Assembly: GCA_963705305.1 (NCBI GenBank)
Contig: OY970067.1
Span: 4,128,001-4,192,000 of the forward strand
Direction: 5' to 3'
DNA from: an uncultured Methylomirabilota bacterium
GTDB taxonomy: Bacteria; Methylomirabilota; Methylomirabilia; Methylomirabilales; 2-02-FULL-66-22
DNA: 64,000 nt
The position numbers and the translations under genes were made by a program. Positions 29,061 to 38,604 of this stretch are shown piece by piece. The notes beneath the pieces were generated by a model, which was not told where the DNA came from, did no database searches, and was given only the letters and a program-made list of their open reading frames with translations. Position 1 is the stretch's first letter. Each line of letters opens with the position of its first letter.

Positions 29061-30029
29061 CTATGTGAAACGGCGAACTGCTTCCCACAACTCCTCCGGT
29101 TCAATAATAAGGTTGCCCTCCTCCAACGGCTGATCCTCAGCCGCAAGCTTGAAGTTGATATTATATCGATTCTGGAACCCTGCCGGCCGTGGCGCGTAGG
29201 GAATCCGTTCCGTGCGCGTGATGTCCAGTGCGAGGCCGGGATGTATCACATCACCCTCTCTGCCGGCATATACAATTGGACGCTCCGAGGGAACCACGAG
29301 ACCACGAGGTAGCCCCTCATTGCGGTTTCCATCGAGACCGTACTCACCCAGATGAATGCTGCCCGGCAACTCCAACCGCAACATGGGATAGCGCGCGACT
29401 GCCCTTCCGGCGTTCCTGAGACTCAAGATGATGTCAAAGGAGGACCACGGTTGCCCTTCGATTTGCATCGGCTCTCGTTTTTCGACTCTCCACTCTAATC
29501 GAAGTTGTGGTCGCCGTCGTCGGCCAAACATGTCTGCAATATCGAAATGCTCCATCCTGTAGAAGCCGTCACCGGAGCGCTTCCAATATTCACGGCTCGC
29601 ACCTTTCAACATGCCCCGATGCGGACCGATGTCGCTCGCAGGAACATATACGATCACGTACCCATAGTCGGGGTTACCCTCGCTTGGGAACGATGAGACA
29701 TCCGCACCATCTACGGGCGGCATAACGGCCTGCCCGAGTAATGACTGGCAATCACTAGCCGCAGCGCGAAAGCCTTCGAACGGCTTTACGCCCGTGATTT
29801 CATCCGGCTGTCCCTTATCCGCCCGTTTCGCTGTGAGGCCGAAAATGAGCACGCCGCCGTCAGAATTTGCAAAGCCCGAGAGAGCCTGTGAGAGGTACCC
29901 CTTCAGGTCTTCGGTTAGTGGCCCCTTTCCTTCTTTTGCCTCCAGATACAACGTCTCACTCGTTCCAACCAATGCCAGTAAGCTGGCTGGATTTCGTAGC
30001 GACTCGAAAAGTTGACGGGCTTGAGTCAT
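29061..30029 (-). CDS. Schlafen/AlbA_2-domain protein with C-terminal beta-rich domain
   Basis: ETLYLEAK, SGFANSDGGVLIFG, PH, YWKRSG; visibly lower GC than its flanks. Confidence 0.82.
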   Translation of the reverse strand: MTQARQLFESLRNPASLLALVGTSETLYLEAKEGKGPLTEDLKGYLSQALSGFANSDGGVLIFGLTAKRADKGQPDEITGVKPFEGFRAAASDCQSLLGQAVMPPVDGADVSSFPSEGNPDYGYVIVYVPASDIGPHRGMLKGASREYWKRSGDGFYRMEHFDIADMFGRRRRPQLRLEWRVEKREPMQIEGQPWSSFDIILSLRNAGRAVARYPMLRLELPGSIHLGEYGLDGNRNEGLPRGLVVPSERPIVYAGREGDVIHPGLALDITRTERIPYAPRPAGFQNRYNINFKLAAEDQPLEEGNLIIEPEELWEAVRRFT

Positions 30030-30317
30030 TGCCTAATCCTCCCCCTCACTCGCTCATGCGCTGCAACGCCGCCTTGAGTAGTTCCCTAACTGTCAGCGGC
30101 CACCCTATACTGAGCCACCGGGGTCGGGGATACTGAGCCACCCAGGGTCGCCCAACCTGAGCCAGCAGGGTCACCCATTCTGAGCCACCCAGGGTCGGGC
30201 ATACTGAGCCACCTCGGGTCGCCTGATACTGAGCCACCCCAGCAGGCCGCCGGGTCCCTTGCGCTTCGCAGCCACATGGGGGCTTGCTCTCCGGGAACCC
30301 CAACCCGGAGGTGCCCC

Positions 30318-31890
30318 ATGGCTGGACGGAGGTGCGAGGTGACCGATGTACGCGAAGTGCTCCGCCGGCTCCGCCTCGGAGAGCCGGCCCGCCGGATCGC
30401 CCGCGAACTCGGGCTCAGTCGGAACACCGTGGCCGGCTACCACCGCTGGGCGCGGCAGCACGGCCTGCTCACCGGCGAACTGCCCGACGCGGCCGCGCTG
30501 GCCACGCTGCTCCACCCGCCGGAGCGCGCCCAGCCCCGGCTCGAGCAGTCCGGCGTGGCCCCGTTCCGCGCGCAGGTGGTGGCGTGGCGCCAGCAGGGTG
30601 TGGAGGGCCAGGCGATCTTCCAGCTCCTCGTCGAACAGCATGGCTTCACCGGGAGCTACTCCGCCGTGAAGCGCTTCCTCCGCCGCCTGGAGCCGCCGAC
30701 CCCGCGGGCCACGGTCCGGGTGGAGACGCCCCCGGGGGAGGAAGCGCAGGTCGACTTCGGCGCGGCGGGCCAGTTCTTCGATCCCGACCAGGGCCGCCTC
30801 CGCCGCGCCTGGGCGTTCGTGATGACGTTGGCCTTCAGCCGCCACCAGGTCCGTGGAGTTCGTCTTCGACCAGACCGTGACCACCTGGTGCCGCTGCCAC
30901 CGCGCCGCCTTCGAGTGGTTCCAGGGGGTGACGCGCCGGGTGGTGCTCGATAACCTGAAGGCCGCCATCGTCCACGCGGCCCTCTACGACCCGGAGGTCC
31001 AGCGCGTCTACCGAGAGTGCGCCGAGCACTACGGCTTCCTCATCGCGCCCTGTCGGGTGCGGACCCCCGAGCACAAGGGCAAGGTCGAGCAGGGGGGCGT
31101 CCACTACGTGAAGCGCAATTGCCTCGCCGGCCGGGCCTTCCGCGACCTCCACCACGCGAACCAGCACGGCCTCCGCTGGTGCCTGGAGACCGCCGGGAGG
31201 CGCCGCCACGGCACGATCAAGCAGCAGCCCCTGGTGGCCTTCGAGACGGTCGAGCGGGCCGCGCTCCTCCCGCTCCCGGCGACCCCGTGGGCGCCGGTGA
31301 CCTGGAAGCAGGCGAAGCTGCACCCCGACTGCCACGTCGTCTTCGCTGGCGCCTACTACTCGGCGCCCTTCCGCCTGATCGGGCAGCGGCTCTGGGTGCG
31401 GGCCACGGCCACCCAGGTGCAGCTCTTCCACGAGCACGCCCTGGTCGCCACGCACCTCGCGGCCCGCCCCGGGCAGCGGCGCACACTCCACGACCACCTC
31501 CCCCCGGACAAGGTCCACTTCCTGCTGCAGACGCCGCTCTGGTGCCAGCAGCGGGCCGCCGACATCGGCCCGACCTGCGCCGCGTTCATCGCCGCCCTGC
31601 TGGGGGAGCGGCCCCTCGATCGGCTGCGGACCGCCCAGGGCGTTCTCCGGTTGGCGCCGCGCTACGGCGCGGCGCGCCTCGAGGCCGCCTGTGCCCGGGC
31701 GCTCGCGGTCGGCGAGATCCGGTATGCCACGGTGAAGACCATCCTGGCCGCGGGCCTCGATCGGCAGCCGCTGCTCGAGTTGGGGCTGGCGCCTCCGCCG
31801 CCCCCTGCCGCACCGCCCCCGCGGCATGCGCGCCCCTGGACCGACTTCTTCCCCGACCCCGGTGGCGAAGGAGGTCCCCCATGGAACTGA
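30318..31890 (+). CDS. istA: IS21 transposase IstA (+1 frameshift near 30851)
   Basis: HTH, ETPPGEEAQVDFG, then DNLKAA, KGKVE and DCHV in the second frame. Confidence 0.9.
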
Positions 31891-32674
31891 CGCACCAGCT
31901 CACCCCGATGCTCCGCACGCTCCGGCTCTCCGGGATCCTGGAGACCCTGGAGGTGCGCAACCACCAGGCGATCGAGAGCCGCGCCTCGTTCGTCGAGTTC
32001 CTGACCCTGCTCCTGCACGACGAGGTGGAGCGGCGGGCCCAGTCCGCCCTCCGGCTCCGCCTCCGCCGCGCGGCCTTCGATCCTGGCAAGACGCTCGAGG
32101 GCTTCGACTTCGGCTTCAACCCAAAGTTGAACAAGGCCCAGGTCTTCGACCTCGCCACCTGCCAGTTCGTCGCACGGCACGAGAACGTGTTGATCTACGG
32201 CCCGACCGGCGTGGGCAAGAGCCACCTGTCGCAAGCCCTGGCGCACGAGGCGTGCCGCCGCGGGTACGAGGTCCTCTTCGTGTCCACCGGGAAGCTGCTG
32301 GCCCCCTGGCCGGCGGCCGGGCCGACGGCACGCTCGCCCACCGGCTGGCCAAGTACCTGCGGCCCGATGTGCTCGTCCTGGATGACTTCGGGCTGAAGGC
32401 CCTCCGGGCCCCCGGCCCCGAGGACCTCTACGACATCATCCACGAGCGGTACGAGCGCGCGTCCATCGTGCTCACGAGCAACCGGGCCGTGAGCGAGTGG
32501 CCGGAGATCTTCGGCGAGCCGCTCCTGGCCTCCGCGGCCTTGGATCGGCTGACCCACCGGGCCCACTTCGTGGAGATCACGGGGGCCAGCTACCGGGCCG
32601 AGCAGACCAAGCAGCAGCTCGCGGCCCAGCGGCGCAGTAAGCCGTCACCGAAGCAGGAGGCACGCCCAGCGTAA
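31881..32674 (+). CDS. istB: IS21 helper ATPase IstB (1-bp deletion near 32303)
   Basis: GPTGVGKS, then LVLDDFG, TSN and LDRLTH in the second frame. Confidence 0.9.
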
Positions 32675-33061
32675 AGGTCCGGACAACCCACTTGCGAGGG
32701 ACCCGGCTACGTCCTTCGCTGGCTCACCATGGGGTGACCCTGAGTGGCTCTCAATGGCCGGCCGTTGACACTAACCTGCCGGTCCCTTTCCACTTGCTGC
32801 TCCCCCCGAGTGCGTCGGCTGAGGGCCGCCCGACAGCGGGGGCTGCATGCCGACCGTTGCCGGCCCACCAGGGGCACCCCGCACTCGGGGCAGACGCGAG
32901 AAACCGCCTTTCCTGGGACGATCTCCGCTGGACGGCTACAGCCGGGCGGGTGTGTCCCGTTTGTTTCTGGAATCCTATCACAGATGCCCTCTGGAGCCGC
33001 ACGTTCGCTTTCTAGCAGGGGGTCAGGTATCAGCATGAGCGATTCATCCTCCTAGGGGATT

Positions 33062-34235
33062 CTAGTCTAGTGTGTCATAAATACGGTGACTTATAGTACG
33101 TACTCTGGTATGCTCCTCGGTGAGGAGGAGCAAGCCATGCGTGTGGCGGTGCCGATTGTGCTGAGCCCGCAGGAACGCACCATCTTGGAACGCTGGGCAC
33201 GGGGGCGGCGCACCCCCGCGCGCCTCGTGCGCCGGGCGCAGATCGTCCTGCGCGCGGCGGCGGGGCAGCGGAACGACGAGGTCGCCCGGGCCCTGGACAC
33301 GGATCGCGAGTGTGTGGGTCGGTGGCGGACTCGCTTCGCCCAGCAGCGGCTGGCCGGGATCGAGCGGGATGCCCCGCGCCCCGGCCGGACGCCCGCCATC
33401 GCCCCGGCGGTCCTGCAGCGCATCGTCACCCTGACGACAACCAGCGCGCCGCCCGCCGCCACCCACTGGAGCACGCGGACCCTGGCGGCCGCGGTCGGCG
33501 TGAGCCCGAAGACCGTGCACCGGGTCTGGCAGGCCCACGGCCTGAAGCCGCATCGGGTCCGCCCGTTCAAGGTGAGCCGCGACCGGCGGTTCCTCGAGAA
33601 GCTGACCGATGTGGTGGGGCTGTACCTGAATCCCCCTGAGCACGCGTTGGTGCTGTGCGCCGACGAGAAGAGCCAGATCCAAGCGCTCGACCGCACCCAA
33701 CCCGGCCTCCCGCTGAAGAAGGGCCGGTGCGGCACCCTGACCCACGACTACAAGCGGAACGGCACGACCACGCTCTTCGCCGCCCTGGGGCTCGTGACGG
33801 GCCAGCTCATCGGCACGTGCCTGCCCAAGCATCGGCACCAGGAGTGGCTCCGGTTCCTCCGGCTGATCGACGCGCAGACCCCGCCCGACCTGGACCTCCA
33901 CCTGATCGTGGACAACTACGCCACCCATAAACACCCTGCGGTCCAGCGCTGGCTCGCCCGCCACCCACGCTTCCACATGCACTTCATTCCGACCAGCAGC
34001 TCGTGGTTGAATCTCATCGAGCGGTGGTTCCGGGAGCTCACGACCAAGCGGCTCCGCCGGGGCGTCTTCAAGAGCGTCGCCGACCTCATCGCCGCCATTG
34101 AGGCCTTCATCGCACACCACAACCGCCACCCCCGGTCGTTCACCTGGACGGCCAAGGTGGAGGACATCCTGGCGAAAGTCGAGCGGGCTCGAGCAGTGCT
34201 GCATAAGATGGCATCTGTGTGACACGGTAGACTAG
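33062..34235 (+). mobile_element. IS630-family insertion sequence
   Basis: Imperfect terminal IR CTAGTCTA..GTGTCA / TGACAC..TAGACTAG; TA target duplication within CTAG. Confidence 0.9.
33137..34222 (+). CDS. IS630 transposase, intact
   Basis: [45 protein letters not shown]. Confidence 0.95.
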   Translation: MRVAVPIVLSPQERTILERWARGRRTPARLVRRAQIVLRAAAGQRNDEVARALDTDRECVGRWRTRFAQQRLAGIERDAPRPGRTPAIAPAVLQRIVTLTTTSAPPAATHWSTRTLAAAVGVSPKTVHRVWQAHGLKPHRVRPFKVSRDRRFLEKLTDVVGLYLNPPEHALVLCADEKSQIQALDRTQPGLPLKKGRCGTLTHDYKRNGTTTLFAALGLVTGQLIGTCLPKHRHQEWLRFLRLIDAQTPPDLDLHLIVDNYATHKHPAVQRWLARHPRFHMHFIPTSSSWLNLIERWFRELTTKRLRRGVFKSVADLIAAIEAFIAHHNRHPRSFTWTAKVEDILAKVERARAVLHKMASV

Positions 34236-34461
34236 GGCAAGATTGCCAGGGCTGCCCTATGGTGGGGGTGGGAGTGTCGCTCGCCTCTGTGACCAACCGG
34301 ATCGCAATGCAGGGCCCGTCCATCCCGACTAGAGCTGTCGCGCGTGAGGTCAGGTCTCGGGGGGCCTCCCGGGGGAGGTAGTGTCCAGCGCCCATCCACC
34401 AGGGCCAGGATACCCGGGCCCGCCCACACGCCGATATGCTCAATCTTTGGTGCCTTCCGCA

Positions 34462-34656
34462 TCATTGCTCCCCGGTCGGTCCTGGCGTCGGGATCTCCAG
34501 CCGGCGCGCGAGGGCCAGGCGCCGCCTCCAGTGCTTGCCCCGGCGGATCGCCTCGGCGTACTCGGCCCGGGTGAGCAGCAAGACAGCCCCCTTGAGGCGA
34601 ATTGGAATCAAGCCGGCGGGGGCGTCTGATGGTACAAGCGCCGGTTTCTCGTTCAC
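34462..34656 (-). CDS. Small basic hypothetical protein
   Basis: GTG after GGAGG; LLLTRAEYAEAIRRGKHWRRR. Confidence 0.5.
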   Translation of the reverse strand: MNEKPALVPSDAPAGLIPIRLKGAVLLLTRAEYAEAIRRGKHWRRRLALARRLEIPTPGPTGEQ

Positions 34657-34690
34657 AAGCCCCACGGCGGCCCTCCACGTTGCCCCACGT

Positions 34691-34852
34691 TCAACGATCG
34701 CGCTTCCGCTTGGCCTTCGATACGGGCCTGGTGGGCGGCTGCTCGCACTTCCGGCAGAGACCGGACAGGCGCTCTGCGGGGGCCAGGGGGCCTCCGCATG
34801 CATCGCAGCGGTCCAGGCCGCGGAAGATCAGGGGAGGCGTCCCCTTCATCAT
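34691..34852 (-). CDS. 53-aa zinc-finger protein
   Basis: MMKGTPPLIFRGLDRCDACGGPLAPAERLSGLCRKCEQ...; ATGA overlap with the upstream stop; below the ORF-track cutoff. Confidence 0.6.
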   Translation of the reverse strand: MMKGTPPLIFRGLDRCDACGGPLAPAERLSGLCRKCEQPPTRPVSKAKRKRDR

Positions 34853-35420
34853 GCGAGCGGCCCGGGTTCGAGGTCGGGGATCCGCGTCTCCATCGTTATG
34901 TCATGGCGCTCCGGCTTCTCCACCACGGTCGGCCGCGTGTCCGGGGCCGCGCTCTTCAAGCGCTCGGTCAACTCCCGGAGGTCCTGCTCCACGGCCGCGG
35001 CCAGCCGCCGCAGGGCGCCGATGTTGGACCGAAGGGCGTCCATGGTCGGTTTCTGCATCATCCGCAGGTGAAGGCCCTGGTAGACGTCCGAATCACTCAA
35101 GGTGTCAACCCGCCGGATGAATTCGCGGTACGCTGCTACGCCGCCGTCCATGCAGCCGGCGAGCATCCCGTCCCCGCCGAGCTGCCGAAGATGGCCCTGG
35201 AGCCCTGAGTGGACGATACCAAGCCGGGCAGCCGCGTGGAATTTTGCCTGGGCGTTCAGGAAAAGGGGGCGCACTTGGGATACCACGCTGAGGATTTCCT
35301 TGAGTCCTCGTTCCGCTTCCGCACGGGCAGGGGCCAGCGCCCGCTTGGCCTCCGCCACGGGGGCCGCGGCCTGCGCCGCGACGGTCGACACGCCTGTTGA
35401 AACTCTCTGTCGGTATTCAT
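34849..35420 (-). CDS. Helical hypothetical protein (probable 1-bp deletion near 35391)
   Basis: SD-preceded ATG 35420 (MNTDREFQQA) joins VSTVAAQAAAP if one G is restored. Confidence 0.6.
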
Positions 35421-35433
35421 CGGTTTTCCCCTT

Positions 35434-35928
35434 TCACTTCATGCGCCGGCCGAGGTCGACCAGCAGTTTGATTGCCGTCACATCATCTGGGAATGCCTGC
35501 GCGACTTGCTTGATTATGCCCTCACGTCCCTTGAAGATGTCCGCCGCCGTGCGCTGGGCCAGGGCCATGTTTGCTTCATAGTCGCCGCCCCACTCCTGGC
35601 GGAGGGCCGTCACCACCTCCCGCCGGTTCTCGGTCTCTTCCGGTGTCTCGCCGGGCAAGGCGTCCGGTGTGTCCAGTTTCGCCACCGGATCGGGGGCGGG
35701 CCGAGGAAATTCGGTGTGAAGCTCTACGCCGTCGGATATGGGAACCGGCTCGCCCGGTGGGATGCGCCCATAGAGCCTATCCACATGATCCAGCGTGGCC
35801 TTGTCCCCGCGTTTCCAGCCCTGATAGTGTGGGTTCTGTGGATTCGACATGATGTCCGACAACTCCGCTTTCGCCGTTTGGTGCGCCGTCTCCTCCCGGG
35901 TGGCGCTCCCCGCTTCCTCATTCGGCAT
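35434..35928 (-). CDS. Putative phage scaffold-like protein
   Basis: SD AAGGAG; segments AKAELSDIMSNPQNPHY...VDRLY and LRQEWGGDYEANMALAQR...IKLLVDLG. Confidence 0.55.
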   Translation of the reverse strand: MPNEEAGSATREETAHQTAKAELSDIMSNPQNPHYQGWKRGDKATLDHVDRLYGRIPPGEPVPISDGVELHTEFPRPAPDPVAKLDTPDALPGETPEETENRREVVTALRQEWGGDYEANMALAQRTAADIFKGREGIIKQVAQAFPDDVTAIKLLVDLGRRMK

Positions 35929-35931
35929 GAC

Positions 35932-36537
35932 TCATTCTCCTTTCGTTCTGGCGGGACCGGCCCGCATGGCCTTGATGGCGCCATACGCGGTTTGTACGGC
36001 CGTCCAGGCGGTCGCGTCCCCGCCCGGGTCGGGATGCTCCCGCTTCGCGCGGGCCTTGAAGAGTAAGGTAATCACCTCTATGCTGGCCTGCGGGTGAACC
36101 CCTAACACCTTGAACGGGTCCGGCCCGTTCGGGTGCGTGCCCGATCGCCACGTCTGAGCCTCGGTCAGCAATTCACCGGCCAACTCTTCCAGTTGCGCCG
36201 GCCCGGTCAAGCGGGCCGCCAGCGCATAGGGCTTGCCCTCGGCAACGAGCTTCCGCCCGTGGGCGCCGTCTGGCCGAATCACAAAATTGATGCCGTTCAC
36301 TTCCACGAGAGCGGGAGAGGGATAGCGCGAGGTGGGGGCGCGCCTCGAAAGGGGGCCCCCGGGGGTCGTCCTGGTGAATCGACTCGCTCGTGCGAGGCCG
36401 GGGCGGGGAGCCGCGGGGCGAGGGTGAGCTCCAGCCCCCGATACGCAGCTTGTCCCCGCCACGTCCTCAAGGCCACGCGCCACGACTCGCCAGGCCGTCC
36501 GCGTATGCTCCAGGTCCATTATGCTCGGTCCTTCCAC
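35932..36537 (-). CDS. Protein with C-terminal J-domain
   Basis: DPFKVLGV...AKREHPDPGG...VQTAY, with the HPD motif. Confidence 0.75.
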   Translation of the reverse strand: MEGPSIMDLEHTRTAWRVVARGLEDVAGTSCVSGAGAHPRPAAPRPGLARASRFTRTTPGGPLSRRAPTSRYPSPALVEVNGINFVIRPDGAHGRKLVAEGKPYALAARLTGPAQLEELAGELLTEAQTWRSGTHPNGPDPFKVLGVHPQASIEVITLLFKARAKREHPDPGGDATAWTAVQTAYGAIKAMRAGPARTKGE

Positions 36538-36875
36538 GCTTCCACGAGTCGGTCAAGGTCTGCTCGGTCAAACAGGAGTTTCCGCAGCTCGCCACCAGCC
36601 GGCAGCGGGATCCGCACCCGCTGGAGTACGTCACGAGCTGCGAGGTCATAGACGCTCGCCCCCGGCAGACTGAGATACAAGGCCGCCCCGTGCACGTCCA
36701 GGAGGCGAGGGAGTAGGGGAGCATTGGCTTCTAAAGCCACTGTTCCGATTTCTGGCCCTTTGTTCTCAAGGGCTTCCGCATCCGACGTGCCTGTAACGTG
36801 CCCATACTCGGCCTTCCGTGGCCGTCCAGGATGCGGGCGCCGGGCGCTCGGCAGGTACACGGGCTGCTCACTCAC
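36519..36875 (-). CDS. Excisionase-like HTH (HTH_17/MerR-like) protein
   Basis: PRLLDVHGAALYLSL...VYDL...LLFDRADLDRLVE. Confidence 0.75.
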   Translation of the reverse strand: MSEQPVYLPSARRPHPGRPRKAEYGHVTGTSDAEALENKGPEIGTVALEANAPLLPRLLDVHGAALYLSLPGASVYDLAARDVLQRVRIPLPAGGELRKLLFDRADLDRLVEAWKDRA

Positions 36876-36989
36876 ACGACACCCCACGGCTGGAGGCCCC
36901 CGGACAAGGCATAGTCAAGCGGCCTTGCGGCGTCCCGAAATGGCGAGGCGAGGCCGAATTTATGCCCGTCTCTGCATCTCTCTCCACAT

Positions 36990-37177
36990 GTTGGCAGTTG
37001 GCAGAGTTGGCAACAGGGGGTCCTATAGACCCCCTTGTGTTGCCACAAACTCATTTTCACGCTGCCACCAGCTTTATTCATTTCTGCGTAACCCATCAGA
37101 ATTCATACAGTTGGCAGTTGCCACAACTCCCCCTTGCCAGCTTGCCAACTCATAGGAATGCCGCTTGCGAGTTGGCA
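36990..37177. other. Putative replication origin with iterons
   Basis: About ten GTTGGCA/TTGCCA copies in both orientations, hairpin GGGGGTC-ctata-GACCCCC and an AT-rich core, just downstream of the helicase. Confidence 0.65.
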
Positions 37178-38604
37178 ACGACTTCCAAGGGCTTCCGCTG
37201 CCCATGATCCGTGAGCTTCTTCTCCCGGATCGCGGAGGCCGTGGCGTCCCTGGCCGTCCTGTCGGAACACCCGAACCGCTTGGACACCTCTGCGTAGAAG
37301 TCCAGGCGCTTGCCGGTCCAGACCCCGTTCAGTTCCTCACTCATCCACGCCACCAGGGCCGCAGTAGAACACAAGGTCTCGGCCTCATCCACGGGGCGGA
37401 ACACCAGGGTTTCCTTATCCAGTTCGAGCGTCAGAGGCTCTTTCCACCTCGGCGCGAAATTCGTCTTGACCAGGTTCAGCCGATAGAGGTTTGGACCGTT
37501 CTTGGATTGCTCCCGTAGGGCCAGCTCGAAATCGGCCCAGGCCCGGAGGGCCGTGGTCCCCCGACCGCGGGCGTCGTCCCCATCGGGGGCCCATCCGGCA
37601 TGATGGACGACCAGCAGCGCCGCTCCCGCCTGCCGGCAGACTTCCCGGAGCGGCACCAGCCACCGCATCATCTCCGAGCTGCTGTTCTCCTCCGCCTCGT
37701 GGAGGTACACCAGCGGATCGAAGAGCACCACGTCAACCAGGGCATGCCGACTGAGCGTCACGCCCAACCGCTTCAGGGCGCCGTCCAGCGGTCGGCCTTT
37801 CGGGCCGCCGAACCGCATGGGCTCCCGCCGCGTAAACAGGATGATGTTCTCCGGGATCTCTGCCCCGGCCAGCATCATCCGTAACCGCTCCTGCACCATG
37901 CCCGGGGCGTCCTCCACCTGGAACACCAGAACCCGCAGGGGGCGCGCCGCTGGCATCGCCTGACCCAGGGGCAACGGGAAGCCGGTCCAATGGAGCGCCA
38001 AGTTGAGACCACAGACGCTCTTGCCGTGGCCGCCTGCCCCGGTCAGGAGGCCCACGCCTACTTCCGTCAGGCCAAGGGACGGCACCAACCGGACGGCGCC
38101 AGCGAACGAGGTCCGCATGAATTCCGGGCCCGGCAACACCTCATAGGGCTGGATCTCCTCCTGCCGTTTTTCGAGTTTCCCTCGCGTACCAGGGCCGGGC
38201 ACTTCGGCTGCTGCGTCCACCGTCGTCTCCTCGCCGTGGTCGACGTCTTCCCGTTGTGCTTCCTCTCGCCCCTTGGCCCAGGCCCGGAGGGTCTTCTGCA
38301 GCTTGGTCTGATGGAGTTTCTTTTTCCCAGGTCGGCTGTAGAGGTCACAGAGTAGCCACGTCGCATCTTCGACCGAGAGTCCGGCATGCCCTGCGTGGTA
38401 GGCCAGCGCATAGGCGCGCTCGCTGTCGCTGGAGTAGCCGTCGCGCGTGCCGTCCCAGGTCTCCCGCAAGCGGGCGTTGCCCTTGAGCACGCGCTCCCCA
38501 CGCTCCGACAACTTCTCCGGCCGCTCGGGAGCGTTCACGTCGGGCCGCGCCTCATCGGCCTCCGTCCAGGGGATGCTGTCGAATTCCGTTAGATCGTAGG
38601 CCAT
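37150..38604 (-). CDS. RepA/AAA_25-type (RecA-fold) replicative helicase with N-terminal primase-accessory helical domain
   Basis: GAGGHGKS, QVED, VLFDP, EENSS, LVVHHA, ARG; N-terminal SDSERAYALA. Confidence 0.82.
   Translation of the reverse strand: MAYDLTEFDSIPWTEADEARPDVNAPERPEKLSERGERVLKGNARLRETWDGTRDGYSSDSERAYALAYHAGHAGLSVEDATWLLCDLYSRPGKKKLHQTKLQKTLRAWAKGREEAQREDVDHGEETTVDAAAEVPGPGTRGKLEKRQEEIQPYEVLPGPEFMRTSFAGAVRLVPSLGLTEVGVGLLTGAGGHGKSVCGLNLALHWTGFPLPLGQAMPAARPLRVLVFQVEDAPGMVQERLRMMLAGAEIPENIILFTRREPMRFGGPKGRPLDGALKRLGVTLSRHALVDVVLFDPLVYLHEAEENSSSEMMRWLVPLREVCRQAGAALLVVHHAGWAPDGDDARGRGTTALRAWADFELALREQSKNGPNLYRLNLVKTNFAPRWKEPLTLELDKETLVFRPVDEAETLCSTAALVAWMSEELNGVWTGKRLDFYAEVSKRFGCSDRTARDATASAIREKKLTDHGQRKPLEVVANSQAAFL

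Larger units (their letters stand above)
30091..32770 (+). mobile_element. IS21-family insertion sequence
   Basis: Ends TGTCAGCGGCC / GGCCGTTGACA; 5-bp TSD CTAAC (30086-30090, 32771-32775); six CTGAGCCA subterminal repeats; istA-istB. Confidence 0.95.
30046..33036 (-). pseudogene. Small Zn-ribbon protein (CPEC...CSPRC) interrupted by IS21
   Basis: Removing the IS and one TSD rejoins ...VERDRQV with RELLKAALQRMSE*. Confidence 0.7.

Noticed and set aside
30105..30240. Six CTGAGCCA repeats at 23-25 bp period, resembling a mini CRISPR array
   Set aside because: The period is too short, the spacers resemble each other, and there are no cas genes. They are the subterminal repeats typical of IS21 ends.
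30840..32310. Programmed frameshifting in istA/istB
   Set aside because: There are no slippery heptamers at the sites, and IS21 genes are normally continuous. Indels are more likely.
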